Part shown: positions 62,330 to 64,000 of the stretch, piece after piece
Numbering within the stretch: position 1 is the stretch's first letter
Layout: each line of letters begins with the position of its first letter
Source: the human T2T-CHM13v2.0 reference genome, Homo sapiens
DNA: 64,000 nucleotides
Assembly (NCBI RefSeq): GCF_009914755.1
Contig: NC_060926.1
Reading direction: 5' to 3' (one strand)
The notes under the pieces: model-generated
The model's input: the letters and a program-made list of their open reading frames with translations, nothing else
Told to the model about the DNA's origin: nothing
Database searches by the model: none
Program-made: the position numbers and the translations under genes

Positions 62330-64000
62330 GTTACTCAACATGAGGTCAATTTCTGTGAACATTCTATTTGTGCTTAAGAAGAGAGTATATTCCCAATATT
62401 AGCAAGAGTGGAGGTTTCATATATATCTATAATGTCTACCTTATGAATTATGTTGATTAGATTTGAGTGTCTTTATTTTACGGTTTCCATTTGTCTGGAA
62501 TACCTCTTTATTCTTAGTCTTTCTGAATCACTTTATTGTAGGTGTGTCTCAAATGTATCTCACAGAATTGAGTTTTGCTGTATGAGTCAATTTGAAAATA
62601 TTTTTAATTGGGGATTTATGTAATTTATTAATAAGCTTATCAATAAATTATAATATAATAAATATAATTTAGTAATATGACTGATGTACATGGTCTCAAC
62701 TTGTATTCTGTGTAAAATTATGTATATAATTTTTCTTTCTCAGTGTGGTTTATTTCATGTGATATTTATTTTTTGATATCTAGGAAGATTAATATCTTTG
62801 TTGCAGTGCTTACCTTTTTGCCACTACCTATTATAATGCCCTTAGTCTCTTTTCTCACATTTACTCTGCTACTTAGTGTTTTATTTGCTTCAAATTATAT
62901 TCTTCATTCCCACCTATTGTCTATGCAACAATAGGTCACTTCAGTTTTGTCACCACATATAACAGTTGAACTGTTCTTCCCCCCATGACTCTGTCCTTGT
63001 TTAAGTTACAGATTTACATTGAAATATATTCAATGCTCACACAGTCCATTTTCCAGAGTTCTTCAGGTCCAGGTCCTATCTTGGTTAAATGATGTTTTTT
63101 CTATAGTAGGACCATTAAAGTTGGATAGTGATTGCAGTGTTCTCTGGGGTTCTGCACATAGAAAATCGCTTGATACTTGAAGCTTAGCTCATCTACATAA
63201 AAGCTATTCCACAGTTCCTTTAGTTTCCTGAAGATGTGACTGTGTTATTCTTTTACTTTAGATGAGAAGTCCGATTTTCTTTCCTATGTAAGTGATTTGA
63301 TACTTTTGCCTGGAGATCTAGAAAAATTTTTTCTTTATCTTTAAATTACAATATTTTCCTAGTATATGTCTTGGACTTCACCATTCCAGGTTTATTTTCC
63401 CAGGGATACTGAGGAGCCTTTAAAGATGCAGATTCAAGTTTTCTTTTAATTTCAGACATTTCTCTTAGTCTGTGGTTTTAAATACTAGTGGTTTTCTATT
63501 GTAATGGCCTTCTTCTATCAATTATTTTCTCTCTGATCTCTTTTGCTTTGTTCCTTATTTTATTTTTATTCCCTTTTTTCATGGCTTTCCTCACTGTTTC
63601 ATATTTTCAGTCAAATCTCTTTTTCCATGGGTACTTTATAACTTGGCCTTTATTTTTAAGATGATTTTGTCTTTTCCTTCCATATCTTTCCTGAGTTCAC
63701 TCAATTCTTATTTCGCATTTTCCTGAAAAATAGGGTTTTTCACAAAATAATAGGGTTTTTTGGTCGTATTTCTTTTATAAAGCTTAAAACTTCTGATTTA
63801 AGGTTTTTGTTTTCTATCTTCACATGCTTGTTTTAGGATATTCAATTCAGTGTGGGTGTTCTGTTACAGTTTTCTTCCACCTCATATTTGATTTCGGTAG
63901 AAGCATTTTCATCTGCTGGAATGTTTTAATTCCTGTTTTTTTTTTTTAAGTTATTGGCCTTGTATGAGTGTCGTCTGCCATTTTCTATTCATTTTTAGAT

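Overview
This is primate (human-like) genomic DNA, not prokaryotic. It is rich in Alu, L1, L2, MIR, MaLR/ERV LTRs and DNA-transposon fossils, and no protein-coding exon could be recognised. The only protein-like ORF is a decayed L1 ORF1p remnant (38236-38586). A CpG-enriched promoter-like island at about 42.35-43.1 kb carries a strong minus-strand splice donor (AAG|GTGAGT, exon end 42593). This suggests a non-coding first exon of a minus-strand gene whose long first intron covers the left two thirds of the window, with L1-dense upstream DNA on the right. The most unusual signal is a three-copy element. It forms a 44-bp-stem hairpin at 12261-12355, and its left arm can alternatively pair over 54 nt with a third copy 2.35 kb away (14662-14715); all four mismatches in that long-range pairing become G-U wobbles on the minus-strand RNA. 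Several other locally templated rearrangements are present: a perfect 33-bp inverted repeat around a 3x26-bp array, a 142-bp copy inserted into an L1PA, a 49-bp copy inside an L1M, and a duplication-plus-inversion scar in L1 ORF2. Repeat subfamily names come from recalled consensus sequences, and boundaries of old repeats are approximate; no searches were run.
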